DNA from: Psilocybe cubensis
Taxonomy: Eukaryota
DNA: 64,000 nt
Assembly (NCBI GenBank): GCA_017499595.2
Contig: CM039002.1
Coordinates: forward strand, 1,302,001 to 1,366,000
Direction of reading: 5' to 3'
Shown in pieces: positions 53,001 to 64,000 of the stretch. Each line of letters opens with the position of its first letter. The first letter of the stretch is position 1. The notes beneath the pieces were generated by a model, which saw nothing but the letters and a program-made list of their open reading frames with translations, was not told the DNA's origin and did not search any database. A program made the translations under genes and the position numbers.

Positions 53001-53191
53001 TCTCCCATACTCCAAGCCCCTTTATATAGCCTGCCTTTTTGTTTCGGGCAGGTCATTTCTGACGCGTGATCCATATTCAGTGGCGTCTTCTTACCGGCCC
53101 GGCGCTCCATAATTTAGGGGCTCCCGCCAAAGGCTCTTTGTAGAATGCATTCAAAGTGTAGAAAAGCTTTCAAAGGCTCTTTGTCTACAGT

Positions 53192-55006
53192 TCATACAGT
53201 CTCAAACCATCCTGCCTGTATCATTTCCTGAGCTAACCCTTCCCACCCTCGCCGTCGAGCTTTTCTTCCCGAAAGTTCGGTTGCAAACCTGTATCGGACT
53301 ATCAATATCGCGTTACATGCTCTTGAATGGACAAACAGACCTTAAGCATTCATCAAGCTTCCATCTCCCTCGACCATCTTCACCCGCCGAACTAAAGTCA
53401 TCTTCTCCACTCCATGCAGGGGTATAAGGGAACCCGGGACATATCCTCCGGCTCAGGGCGTAAATCATCCCTGAGATGAAAGCGTCTTGAGCACCAACTT
53501 CGTCCACCACCCCATCATCTGCATCATGATCACGGCCAGGTCTCTCAGTTCCCTGCGAATCATTGTCATCTTCTTCATGGGTCGTAGTGAACTGGCTACT
53601 TTCATTTGTACCCTGTCCTTGGCGCGTGTGCGACCTTATCTGGTGTTGGTGGTACATATGAGGCTCGCTGATATCTGTGTCCGAGAAATAGTTGCTTTCT
53701 CTCGTGTAGCCTCTCGATGATGGAGTCCTACTCCTTCCATCGGCCCAAAAGTCACTCCCACTTCGCACAGATCGAAGCTCAGAGTTACGCTGCGGGAATG
53801 GAGTCCGTAGGTGGTCGACATCTGTGTTCTTGATTTGCACGGGAGGCGGCTTGTCCTCGACCCAGCCCGAGCTCTGGAAATACTCCTTCGTGGGGAGAGA
53901 CAGCACTGCGCCGCCTTCTTGGCCCCAGTGAGCGATAAGCAACGCATGCGGAGGAGCGCTAGACGCAAGCGATAACAGAAATGCACGCGGCGTAGTTTCA
54001 TAATGCGGTGAGTTTGCCTGTGCGTAGTGTTTATTGAAAAACAACACGTCGGCGTGGGGGATAAGCTAGATCAAGCATTAATCGTACAATCATTCCTCAA
54101 GTCAGAGAAGATAGACACACAGCTTCCACGCCCTGTTTTCCTTTCCTTCCGACGTCTATACTGAATACACAGTGACTTCTCCACTTCCTCTCCCGCGCCA
54201 GCCCATCCAGACCAGTGATATTATTCAGCGTCGTCTTCACTGACCTTCCTTCAAAGTGTAACCAATCGAAAGGGGCCGGGCTGTTTGGATTATGAAATAC
54301 AGGGTTTACCGGGACACGAGGGCCCGATTGAGATGGCCTGGGTGTAGGGTTAGTTGTGGCAAGGGAGGCCGAAGAGTAATTAGGTATCGTTGGGCTGATG
54401 TTAGGTGTCGTCTGCGGGTAATTCTCAGGTGCGAGCAAAGGCCCCAGTAAAGATATGAAGTCTTCATGTGTGATATCTGGTAATGGATTATGGTTCACGA
54501 CAGTTCGTGTATTATTCTCGGCTTCAAACGAGCATTAGATTCTGCGATGTTTAGACAAGCTTGAACACACCTGAATGAAGCACCCAAGCACTAGGAACAC
54601 CCGCATCCCGCCAGATTTTGCAGTACTTCGTGACAACACCCTCATTTTCCAGATCCTTCAGAACCATGCGCCCATCTTCGTTTCCGCCCAGAGGCGCGAC
54701 AAGCACGGCTTCCACTCCAGGGAATTGAGCCAGAAGCGATAAAAGCTAAAACGTAAAGAAGAATCCAAAGTTTAGTTCATCTCAGTCTTCGAACTTGATT
54801 GAGTTACTCACCATGTTCGCCGATCCCCCTCGCGTCTTCTGGACCGAATGGGCCCGCACCACGGAAGAGGGTGCGGGATGGCATGGTACATGCAGTGTAT
54901 GTGTCTGAAAGAGTGTTCCCGAAGCAACAATTCGGAGGGGTTTGAAAGTTGGTTGCTGGAAATATGGGTTGTTATTATCGTCCGATCGTTCGCGTCGTGA
55001 TTTCAT
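53192..55006 (-). CDS. PfkB/ribokinase-fold protein (ketohexokinase-like) with a degenerate C-terminal motif
   Basis: RGGSAN, FDWLHFEGR, HWGQEGG and VVDEVGAQDAFISGMIY, with long insertions. Confidence 0.8.
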
Positions 55007-55428
55007 TCTGATATGGCAGACGGGTATAATATGAGTATTACGAGGTATATGTGTGTTCCAACCGAGAAGCAATAGCAGAGAAAGCGGGTCAAGAATTATA
55101 AGGGGCCCGACATGTTTGTTTAGCACCAAACGCGTGAGGTCAATCCTTGATCAAGGAATCAGGATAAAAAGTGGGTGCGCCTTTCTTGGATCTTCTGATC
55201 AAATAACAAAGAAGGTATACTGTGCCTGCTCAACACTCACTTTCTAAACATCTTAAGTTCCAAAAGTTCTGCTAAAGTGAACAGGGAGAACCACCAACCC
55301 CATGTAAAAATGAAATGAAGGCAATTGTCAGTCGGATGCCGAAAAAGATGTGAGTCCTGTCAATACTACGGTAATACTTTTAATAAAGAAGATGAGAGCC
55401 TGGGGTTTATGATTCCCGGCTCCTGGGT

Positions 55429-56787
55429 CTACTGCATCTCAACATCACCATCACCATCCACACTCCCGTCGTCGCTCTCCCACTCACCCTCACCATCTTC
55501 GCCCTCCTCGCCCTCATCCACAGGTGATGCTGTGATACCTAGCTCGTCCAATTTAGCTATGAGTTCCTGCACATGTTCCAACAGCGGCTTATCAGGATGC
55601 TCTTGATTCCGGTGCAGCTTTGGAAACGAAGCTAAGATTAATTACAAGCAAATGAACACGAGGAAAAGTACCGACCACTTGACATGTCTCGAGGCAATCC
55701 CTGGAATCCCTTCCCAATTCTTGCCATGTTAGGTCTTCCAGTTTTCCACCATTTTCCTGAGCTTGCTCGGCCATGAGGTAGAAACACCACCCTTCCAGGT
55801 ACCACGCCTCCACATCTTGATCATCCGAGGACATTATTCCATGGAGAACTAGTAAAGCTGGTGTGTATAAGGACAGCTCGAGGAAAAGTTTTACAAGAGC
55901 CAGGCGAGTAGGAATTGGGGGTAGTTTGGGATCATCTGGTACAAGTTTGATAAGACTCGAGATAATTTCGTTATGATTGAGACGCACCAAGATCAATATC
56001 TTGCATTGTCGCCCAGGCTTGCTCAAGAAATGCCTTGGCTTCGTCGGGTCGCTCCTGGGACATACGCACGGAGGCCAAGGTTTGCAAAGCTTCTGGATTC
56101 CCTGGATCGATTTTCAGTGCAGCCGACAGTAGATCTTCACAGTTTTGTTCAGCTTCAGGTTCATCGCTGTGTAAAATTCGTCAGACCGTAGATGTGCGAT
56201 TGAATGAAGATAAACATACCATAAATCATACGAAGGGTCCATCCAGATCTCCACTTGGCCTACAAGGGCTCGGACGATGTTACTTCGCAGTTCTGATTCG
56301 TCTTTTTTGGATGCTTCATCATCTGCACGCTCTTTTCCTTTCAGCTGTGCATGTAAGATATGGATAGCAGCTTGATAGTGTTTTAAGGCTCCTCTTGGGT
56401 CGTCTTCGCTCAGCTGAGCGAGATACAGATGTGCGGATGGGGGAGATGGAGACGGGGCATCTGGACTTGGGGGTATTAACGATAGGAAGGTCTAAATTGC
56501 ACCAATATAAATAAATATCGAATCGTTGTGATGTCGCTACTCACCTCTTTTGCTGCGTCTAGATCTCCCAGTTCGAGCAGAGAGACGCCTAGCATCTCCC
56601 TCGCCTCTGCATTTTTGGGATCTTGCTCTAAAGCCCGGCGAATAAAGCGCACGGCGAGCTCATAATCGCATTGAACGATCAAGGCCTGGGCCTTCTCAAG
56701 AAGAGATTCGGTGGATGGGGGAGAAGATTTTGCTGGGGCGTCGCCTGGCTTCGAAAGGCCCTTTTTCTTTGGTCTTGTTCGTCCCAT
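55429..56787 (-). CDS. ACL4: TPR protein, assembly chaperone of Rpl4
   Basis: LYLAQL, EIWMD..LCDEPEAEQNCE, EALQTLASVRMSQ, DDQDVEAWYLEGW and an acidic tail ending DVEMQ*. Confidence 0.8.
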
Positions 56788-57030
56788 TGGACTTAAAGTA
56801 GGAGACGAGGTTAAAGATTTTGTCGATCACGTGGGCGAGAGATCGAGAGGAAATTGGAATGTGAAATTGTGACAAGTCTTTGAATTCATTCCATGCTGCG
56901 TTTGCCAGACTTGTCTCTTCTATTCAGTTTGCAGGTCTGCTTGTCGCACAAAGGGATGACAATCTACGTCGGCGATTACTAGACACACATTCACGTCCAA
57001 TTCACCTTGTTGCCTGATATCTGATAATCG

Positions 57031-58372
57031 ATGACCACGCTTTCATCTACCACGTTCGAGCTTGACTCACCTCCAGTAGACGAGTCTGTTAATGACCCAC
57101 TGTATAATGAACGATTCGATGCTTTCCTACAGAAGAGCCTCGCAGATATCAAAGCTTTTGCTGATCGAGAGCTGCGTTCATATGATGAGGTCTCTAAGAC
57201 CTCCTGATAGAGTAGTTGGTATTCTGACTGTACTCTGCACAGACAAGGCGGCGCGTTGCTGAATGGCATGCTAAACACCTCTTTCCTCAGTCGCCTTCAT
57301 CCCTTGCTTCGGGAAAGAGTCCGCCTCAAGGTATGTTGTGCATCTCGTTTGTATCAGATGATTTCTTTGATTCTTTTCTAGTGAGATCTATTCTTTGCGA
57401 TGCTTCACATATCCTCGAATCCCTATCTGCGGTCTCAAATACACAGTCATTTTTATTGGCAATAAATCCCAGCGATCCATCTGATCAGGGATTCTTAGGA
57501 GGATCTGTGGTCGGTAGGGAGTTCTGGCGTGGACTGCGAGGTGGAGGCGTCCAAGGGGCCAAAGCTTTCAAAGTATACTGCGCCAATCTCATATCACAGG
57601 CGGAGGCAAGCCAAAACCCCTCGAATGCTGGTAAATCTGAACGTAATGTATCTACACCTCCTGCCAAATCCATCAAATCCGAACTTTATGAAAGCGTGCG
57701 CAACGCCCTCAGGTACGGATCTGTCATTTTAACTTACTAGTTAATCACAAGCCGAACAACTCCTTTTATAGGCTGGCGAGCGGCGTCCGCAATGCAGAAA
57801 TGAAATGGACGAATCCAGAGAGATTAGATGTATACGGAGTCCGACTAGAGGGCTGGCCAGAAGGTGTCCCTGCCCAGAATCCCTCGACTCTGAGGGTTAA
57901 TCAGAACAAAATGCTGCTCGAGGCAATGCAAAACGGCTCGATGAAGTTTGTTAAACTTGTCCCTGAACCTAATGAATCACACGACGCGTCAACATCAGGC
58001 CAGACTGAAGCTGCGAATGAAGATTTTTCGTGGGCTTATGATGCGGATGCTCTCACAACGTCGACTTCGCCTTCTCCTTCTCCTGGCCCAAATCCTGCCT
58101 CTTCAACTTTCTCCAAAGCTTCCACTGTGACTCCAGTGCCAACGACAATGATCGATAACAATGATCCATGGGCCCTGACACCGTCCATATCCGTTGAACC
58201 TGACGAAGCGAATTCTTCTTCTTCTTATGATGTAAACTATGCTTGGGAAGACAGCTTCAATGAGGAAGCCGTAAATACCCTGGGAGAAGATTGGGACGAT
58301 GGAGTTATCCTTGAGCGGCCGAGAAAGCGGCAACGAAGCGAAGAGCCTCCTTATTCTGGGTTTACAGAATAG
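57031..58372 (+). CDS. Hypothetical protein, multi-exon
   Basis: Spliceable exons with GFLGGSVVGREFWRGLRGGG and AEMKWTNP..YGVRLEGWPEGVP..NPS motifs, and a basic RPRKRQR near the C-terminus. Confidence 0.7.
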
Positions 58373-58654
58373 CAGTGAGACATCGGTGTAGAATCGTAGT
58401 GTAGTAAAAATCTTCTATCTACTCATCCATCGATAGTGTCATTGAGTATATTAGTTTTTTTTTTGTCTATGGCATCATCACTACTTGAATACATATTTGC
58501 AGAACATCATATACGAAATGAAGGGTCTAGGTTTCATCGATGTTGTCCAATGATGTTGTTCCGGATTCGATATATTTGTTTATCAAACACGACCTCCTTT
58601 CCGGCTGCGATTCTTTCTTGAAACTTGAACTTGCACTCCCACTACAAATCCACT

Positions 58655-60101
58655 ATGTTTTCTTCGATCTTTTCGTGAGTTTCTCTGCTCTTATTTGATT
58701 TCCAAATTTGTCAATATTTATACAGAACAGCACCCCCTGTCGATCCGACAGCCCCCAACTTCCACTCCGTCTCGTCTAGTGTACCCGAGAATGAGCTTTT
58801 TGGTGAACTTGAGCCCAAAGATACTTCGCTTTTGTGTGCAGGAGGCTTTGTGACGGAGACCCAGACCTTCTATGTCATCACCGAAGATGGCACGTCCGTT
58901 ATGTGTCAAATAATCCACTCTGCCGTCGGGTGAGGCTTATCCTGCATAGATCGTAAAATCCATTACTGACATCTATTTCCTGTTAGTGTATGGTATCCAA
59001 CCATCCAATTCACATGCAAAATTGCCAATCCATCGAAAGGAGAGAAGATCTGGAAGTCTGTCAATGTCAACAATTTTGTGACGCCTCCCCCAGGGGGCTA
59101 CGATAAACGCTCGAGCAAGGCGGACGAGTACTCTGTCCTCTACAAGGCGACTGCTGACCCAGAATACCCCGAAGGCTACACGATCCGTGCAAACCTTGGT
59201 AACGACCTCCAGATCTCGTTAGAAGTCACTCGACCTGCCTCTATTCCTGGCTACAAGGTTGGAAAGGGCCCAGAGGGAGGATATTCATACTTTGGTGTTG
59301 ATCCCAAGAAAGCAGATGGATATGTAATCCACCGATTCTGGCCTCGCTTCAAGGCAACAGGACACATCATCCGCAGCGGGCAGGCTGAGTCGATTCAGGG
59401 AAGCGGAATGTTCGTGCACGCTATTCAAGGCATGAGGCCTAACCTTGTTGCATCTGCGTGGAACTTTGCGCACTTCCAGAGCGAGGAGCTCGGAGGCGTC
59501 TCTGCAATCCAAATGGAATTCACAACAACTGAGACGTACGGTAAGAAGGGTTCAGGATCTGGAGGAGTGGTGGTCAACGTCGGATCTCTGGTGATTGGGA
59601 ACAAGTTGGCCACTGTCACGGCGGAGACGAAGTGGCCAGGAGAAACTTCTTCGGGTCCTGTCATCTCACGCGCGCATCATCTCAAACCAGAACACGACCC
59701 CGACACCAGCTACCAGAAACCTTCAGAAATTGAATATCAATGGAAAGCACCCTCTGTTGTCCCTGATGCTCCTGGTATTGTCGAAGCCAAACTGCACGTC
59801 GACCTTGGGACGAACGAAAAACATCAAGGTTTGATTGAGAAGGTGGACATCCTTGCAGAAATTCCATATGTGATTAAAGTTGCCGTAAACTATGTCGCAG
59901 GAACGAAGCCCTACATCTACCAGGTAAATCAATTATTTCTTGCTGACATTCATTTTCCCCAATTGACGTGGTTTTTTCTCCCAAAAGTGGCTGAATAAGA
60001 CGAAGCTCTCAATCACCGGACCAGAAGCTTTGGCCCCAGGGCTCTCGTCTGGAGTGGAGGTTGCAGGAACGTTGTATAATGAGGCCACTTTTATCTCATA
60101 A
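58655..60101 (+). CDS. SVF1: Survival factor 1 (Svf1)
   Basis: CQIIHSAVG, HRFWPR, VHAIQGMRPNLVA, AIQMEFTT, EKVDILAEIP, AGTKPYIYQW and YNEATFIS*. Confidence 0.92.
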
Positions 60102-60365
60102 ATCTGCTGCGCCTGGGACGGGCCGTATTAGTATCTACAGTCATATCTACTTACTTACAACGACGATATCTTGAATTCGCGAACATCGGTGTGAGTCAGT
60201 GCGGTGTTCAGAAGAAGTCGCTGCACGTGCATATATGTCGAGAAATGAATTCTTCAGTCAGGGTCAAAGGTAGCCAAAGTCGCAGCAACAAGTGAACGGA
60301 ACCGTAGTTGGAACTTTACTTGAAACAGTCCCCGGTTGGTCTTCTTCTTATGTTTATCATGCACC

Positions 60366-62251
60366 ATGTTCAGTCGTATAATCCGCATCGTCCCTAAACC
60401 AATTCTACGTCGTACAGACGGCCGTTCGTTATCCCGGCGTCAGCAATCATCGTTGGCACTGGTGTCGACTGCAGCTTCCAAGCCTAATTTATCTCAGATA
60501 TCTCGCATTCATTATCACCCGCAACTTTCAACATCGACTGTGACTTTGCTGCACCCAGTCCTTCACAGATCGTTCCATTCGACTCCTCCCAACAATGGTG
60601 GCCCACTGATACCCATCTTGGCATCGTTTCTCAAGGCACGAGCGCCCCGTTCCGCACATCTATGCACCGTCACTAAAGTACTCATGTAGGCTTCGGCAGG
60701 CTTTGAGCTTGCCCGCGTCGCGAGTCGCATCGCCCTCACATTCATTCCATTTCTATGGTTCAATAATGTTAGGTCTCACAAAATGATTAAATACGCTGCC
60801 CTGCACGGCTTTCCTTTGTCGGAGGAGAAACAGATGAAGCACATGAAGAAGATACGCAGGAGGACGATGATGCTCCAATTTCTGCTCTTCGTGCCCTTTG
60901 TGCTGTTCTGGGCCACGATCACAGCCAGCCTCGAGAAAACACCATTGACTGGACGGTATGAACGGTCTCCCGGGGTTCTCGGTTATCTGTGCTCACAACG
61001 AAACTTATAGATGGCGCATGATCCTACTTTCCCCAGAGGAAGAAGACGAGATAGCAGCGAAATTGGCGGGCCCTGGGTGGTACAACGCCGTTGGAGACAT
61101 TCTCGCTGAGCAGGGTTCACCAAAGGCTATTCCACCGAGCGACTGGAGGTATCAATGGGTTAATGATACGCTTCGCCGCCTGGAATCCAGCATTCCCATC
61201 CTTTCTCGAGAACCAGAGTTGTGTCCGAAATGGATGGAAGGTGGTGAAGATTCTAAACCTTTACCTCCGCCTGCGAAATTTCCCCTTCGCCCTCGCCCTC
61301 GAGCCTCAGAATACATTCATTGGGCTTGCATGAAGATGTGCAATAAGGATGACGTAGCAGCTTTTCCTCCCATGGGACCTATACCTGGAGTACCTTACTC
61401 TTTGCTCGTTGTTGAGAACCCAGAACAATCGAACGCTTTCTCATACGGCTTCGGCCCTGATGGAGGCAGTGGCATCGTGGTATATACTGGATTCCTGGAT
61501 GAGATCTTTGCTCGCCATCCCCAAGAATGTCAGTCAACACCGCCCCCTGCCCCAAAATCATCTTGGAGCTCGGTCTTCAGAAGCCTATTTTCCAGTTCGC
61601 CGCCTCCACCTCCCCATCCAATCCCGACATCAGAACAGACAGCGGAGCTGGCAATTCTGCTTGCCCACGAGATGGCCCATCTTTTACTATCTCACCATTT
61701 AGAAAGTCTGTCGTCCGTTAACATCATCATACCAGGCACACTTTCGATCATGTCCGATATACTGCGGGTGCTTATTTTCCCTATCACCATGTTGTTTGGT
61801 CCCTTTGTCAACGATGCTGTTGCGCAGATTGGCAAAGTTGGTTCAGGGGAGCTGCTCAAAATATCTGAATATTGTAGCAGCACGCATCAAGAAATTGAAG
61901 CTGACGTTGTATCCGCCAGGTAAGTGTTTACTTGGTCGTGTGATAATGCAATGCCGAATGCTTAGTTATTGATGACGTAGACTTCTGGCACACGCTGGTT
62001 TTGATGCGCGAGACGCTATAAAATTTTGGGAGCATAGATCGGGAGAGGAAGCGGAGTGTGCAAAACCAGGCAAACATGAACTTCCGGACAGCACCAGCAC
62101 CAGTTCAAGGGTTGCCAGGCAAATCATGGGTGACCACAGTACCCATCCAGTCAACGAGCTGCGGGTGAATAGCCTTAAAGAGGAGCTTGCGCGATGGGAA
62201 TCTGAAAGGCAGAAAGCAGTCACTCGATTATCGTCGTCCTCGCCGCCCTAA
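60366..62251 (+). CDS. M48 family zinc metallopeptidase, OMA1-like, mitochondrial
   Basis: Presequence-like N-terminus, EKTPLTGRWR, NAF, LAHEMAH (HExxH), EIEAD, AGFDAR and STHP. Confidence 0.87.
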
Positions 62252-62542
62252 AATGTGTCCATCATTTTTCCTTTTGCTTTATTCCACCATCATGATATAT
62301 TTTTGTAAGTTAGTACCCAAGCCATGTAATCATAGCACAGTTAAGTATCTCTCGTCGTATCATCTATCGGGATCTTCCACCGCTCAAATATAATTATTCC
62401 CTACCGCTTATTAGTGATGGAATACAATCATATAAAAACTATTGTATTGACATGCAAGCCAAATCTACGGAAGGTATCTGGTTTGAGCGACCGAAAACGG
62501 GTATGTAAGGGTGCAAAACAGAGTTTAATGAGAGTGCTCCGT

Positions 62543-64000
62543 CTATAGTTGCTCTCCGTCTACAATATGCACTGTTTTATACCTTCTTACCAGTCGAGTA
62601 TTCTTCGCACCGTCTGCATGGTATTGAACCTCTTCGATAATTTCATACCCATAATACCTGGGTAAGAAAATGATCCACACCCAGTAATACAAGCCACAAC
62701 ACTGAATTAAAAAATTAGCCCATAAAATGGATTAAAAGAACAAGGCGCTTACCCCAAGGAGGCCAATACCCGCCACACAGTACCTAATTATAGGTGAAAG
62801 GATCGACATCAACCCCAATCCGAAGCCGCGGATGCAGGCTATACAAGGTCAAAAGAGAAAAATTACTTACGTGGCGTACCAAAACGAAACGTCAGCATGG
62901 CCAGGTTCCGGTGGTACCCTGGAAAGCAACAGAGTACATGAACAGAGTAATCTTAAAACAAAAAAATAACGGAACACACCATGGCATTAAGAGTAACAAA
63001 ACGCAAGAGGTGAGGTACAATGCGACAATGGAATTTTTGGCCTGAAATGCGGGAGGTTTTATGTTGGCCAGCGCCCTGCGTCGGCGGAGGGCCCATAGAC
63101 CTAACGCCAGAGCGCAATTGAAAACCTGTCCAAAATCTGTCAGTGGGGTTTCTGACAGATTTATTGTCATGAAACAATTCTACGATGCACACCAAGGATG
63201 GGTAAGATGCCAGATCCAACACGAAATTAAACGCATCTCTAGCAGGTATAGCAACAATTACGAGGACGGTCAAAAGGCCTTTCAGTGCTATAGGGCCAAG
63301 AGGCGTCCCGAAAGGCCTTATAGACGTGAAGACGCCAGGATACGGCAACAAGCCTTGTCTGGCGACCTCTCGAATTACGCGTGTGTGGCCAATCGTCTAT
63401 AACACAATGGTTGGATATGCCCAAAATTTGGACAATAGATGGCTCTTACGACTGCGATCTATATCACGTATGGTTAATATAGATGAATTGGTACACTAAA
63501 CAAAGGCCAAACTTACAATATTACCAAAACAACTCGCCGCTACAAATAATGGGAATACTCTTGCACCTGTAGTCCCAAAGACACGCTGAAAGAATAACAC
63601 CGCAATGAGCTGCCCAGAGTTTCGTATGTCTTCTTGTGGAACAGCTGCGACGTATGCAATATTTATAAATAAGAACAAAACAGAGACCGATAAAAGAGAG
63701 ATTATTCCGGCTCTGCGAACAGTTTTGACAGGATCCTTGCTGCGAACTTCGCCGAGTACATTGAAAGCATTGTTGTAACCAACAAATGCGTGGTTTGATT
63801 TCACCTGAAAACGATCAGAGGGATTAGTTGATGCCGGTATCTATTTCCGTCGGGGGTATCACATACAAATGCTGTGGCAAGTGAATTTGGATTCCACGAA
63901 GTGCCTTCAAAAAGGTTGTGGAAATTGGCATAGGGATCCTCAATTCGGGTCAACCCCAGCAATACTGCCAGTCCAGTAGCAACAATGCTAGAAGCTTCAT
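62543..64000 (-). CDS. APC-superfamily amino acid permease (MUP1/LAT-like), 5'-partial
   Basis: AFVGYNNAFNVLGEV, LFINIAY, REVARQGLLP, PFGTP, DLASYP and YWWVW-type C-terminal TM. The gene runs off the window edge. Confidence 0.88.

Noticed and set aside
23118-56787. SQT1 and ACL4 as a ribosomal-protein chaperone cluster
   Set aside because: They are over 30 kb apart with many unrelated genes between, which is most likely coincidence.

Overview
This is intron-rich eukaryotic DNA with 50-70 nt GT-AG introns, CTRAY branch points and several micro-exons. The gene content fits a mushroom-forming basidiomycete (Agaricomycete); I cannot name the species from this window. About 24 protein-coding genes are supported. 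Housekeeping genes: CCT5, PP2A catalytic subunit, Rom-type RhoGEF, TFB2, SQT1, a PDI, a TDP2-like EEP enzyme, an RMND1/DUF155 protein, ACL4, SVF1, an OMA1-like protease and a partial APC permease. Others: two tandem double-CVNH lectin genes, two tandem LAC12/CDT-type sugar porters beside a GH13 alpha-amylase, a 7-TM protein and a GPI-type wall protein. Four observations stand out. (1) A ~2.9 kb ORF-free minus-strand locus (about 47.3-50.15 kb) has a TATA box, an intron, a 47-position G-U-rich hairpin that only folds on the minus strand and a duplicated stem motif, so it is a candidate structured lncRNA or small-RNA precursor. (2) A second short, multiply spliced, hairpin-rich minus-strand transcript lies at about 52.3-53.0 kb. 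(3) A coiled-coil protein carries a histone H3 tail mimic (RQIARKSTGGMPPRR) in which K9 is the only lysine kept. (4) The CVNH pair combines a divergent N-terminal lectin domain with a highly conserved unknown helical domain. All gene models and pairings were derived by eye, family names come from recalled motifs, and no database search or folding program was run.
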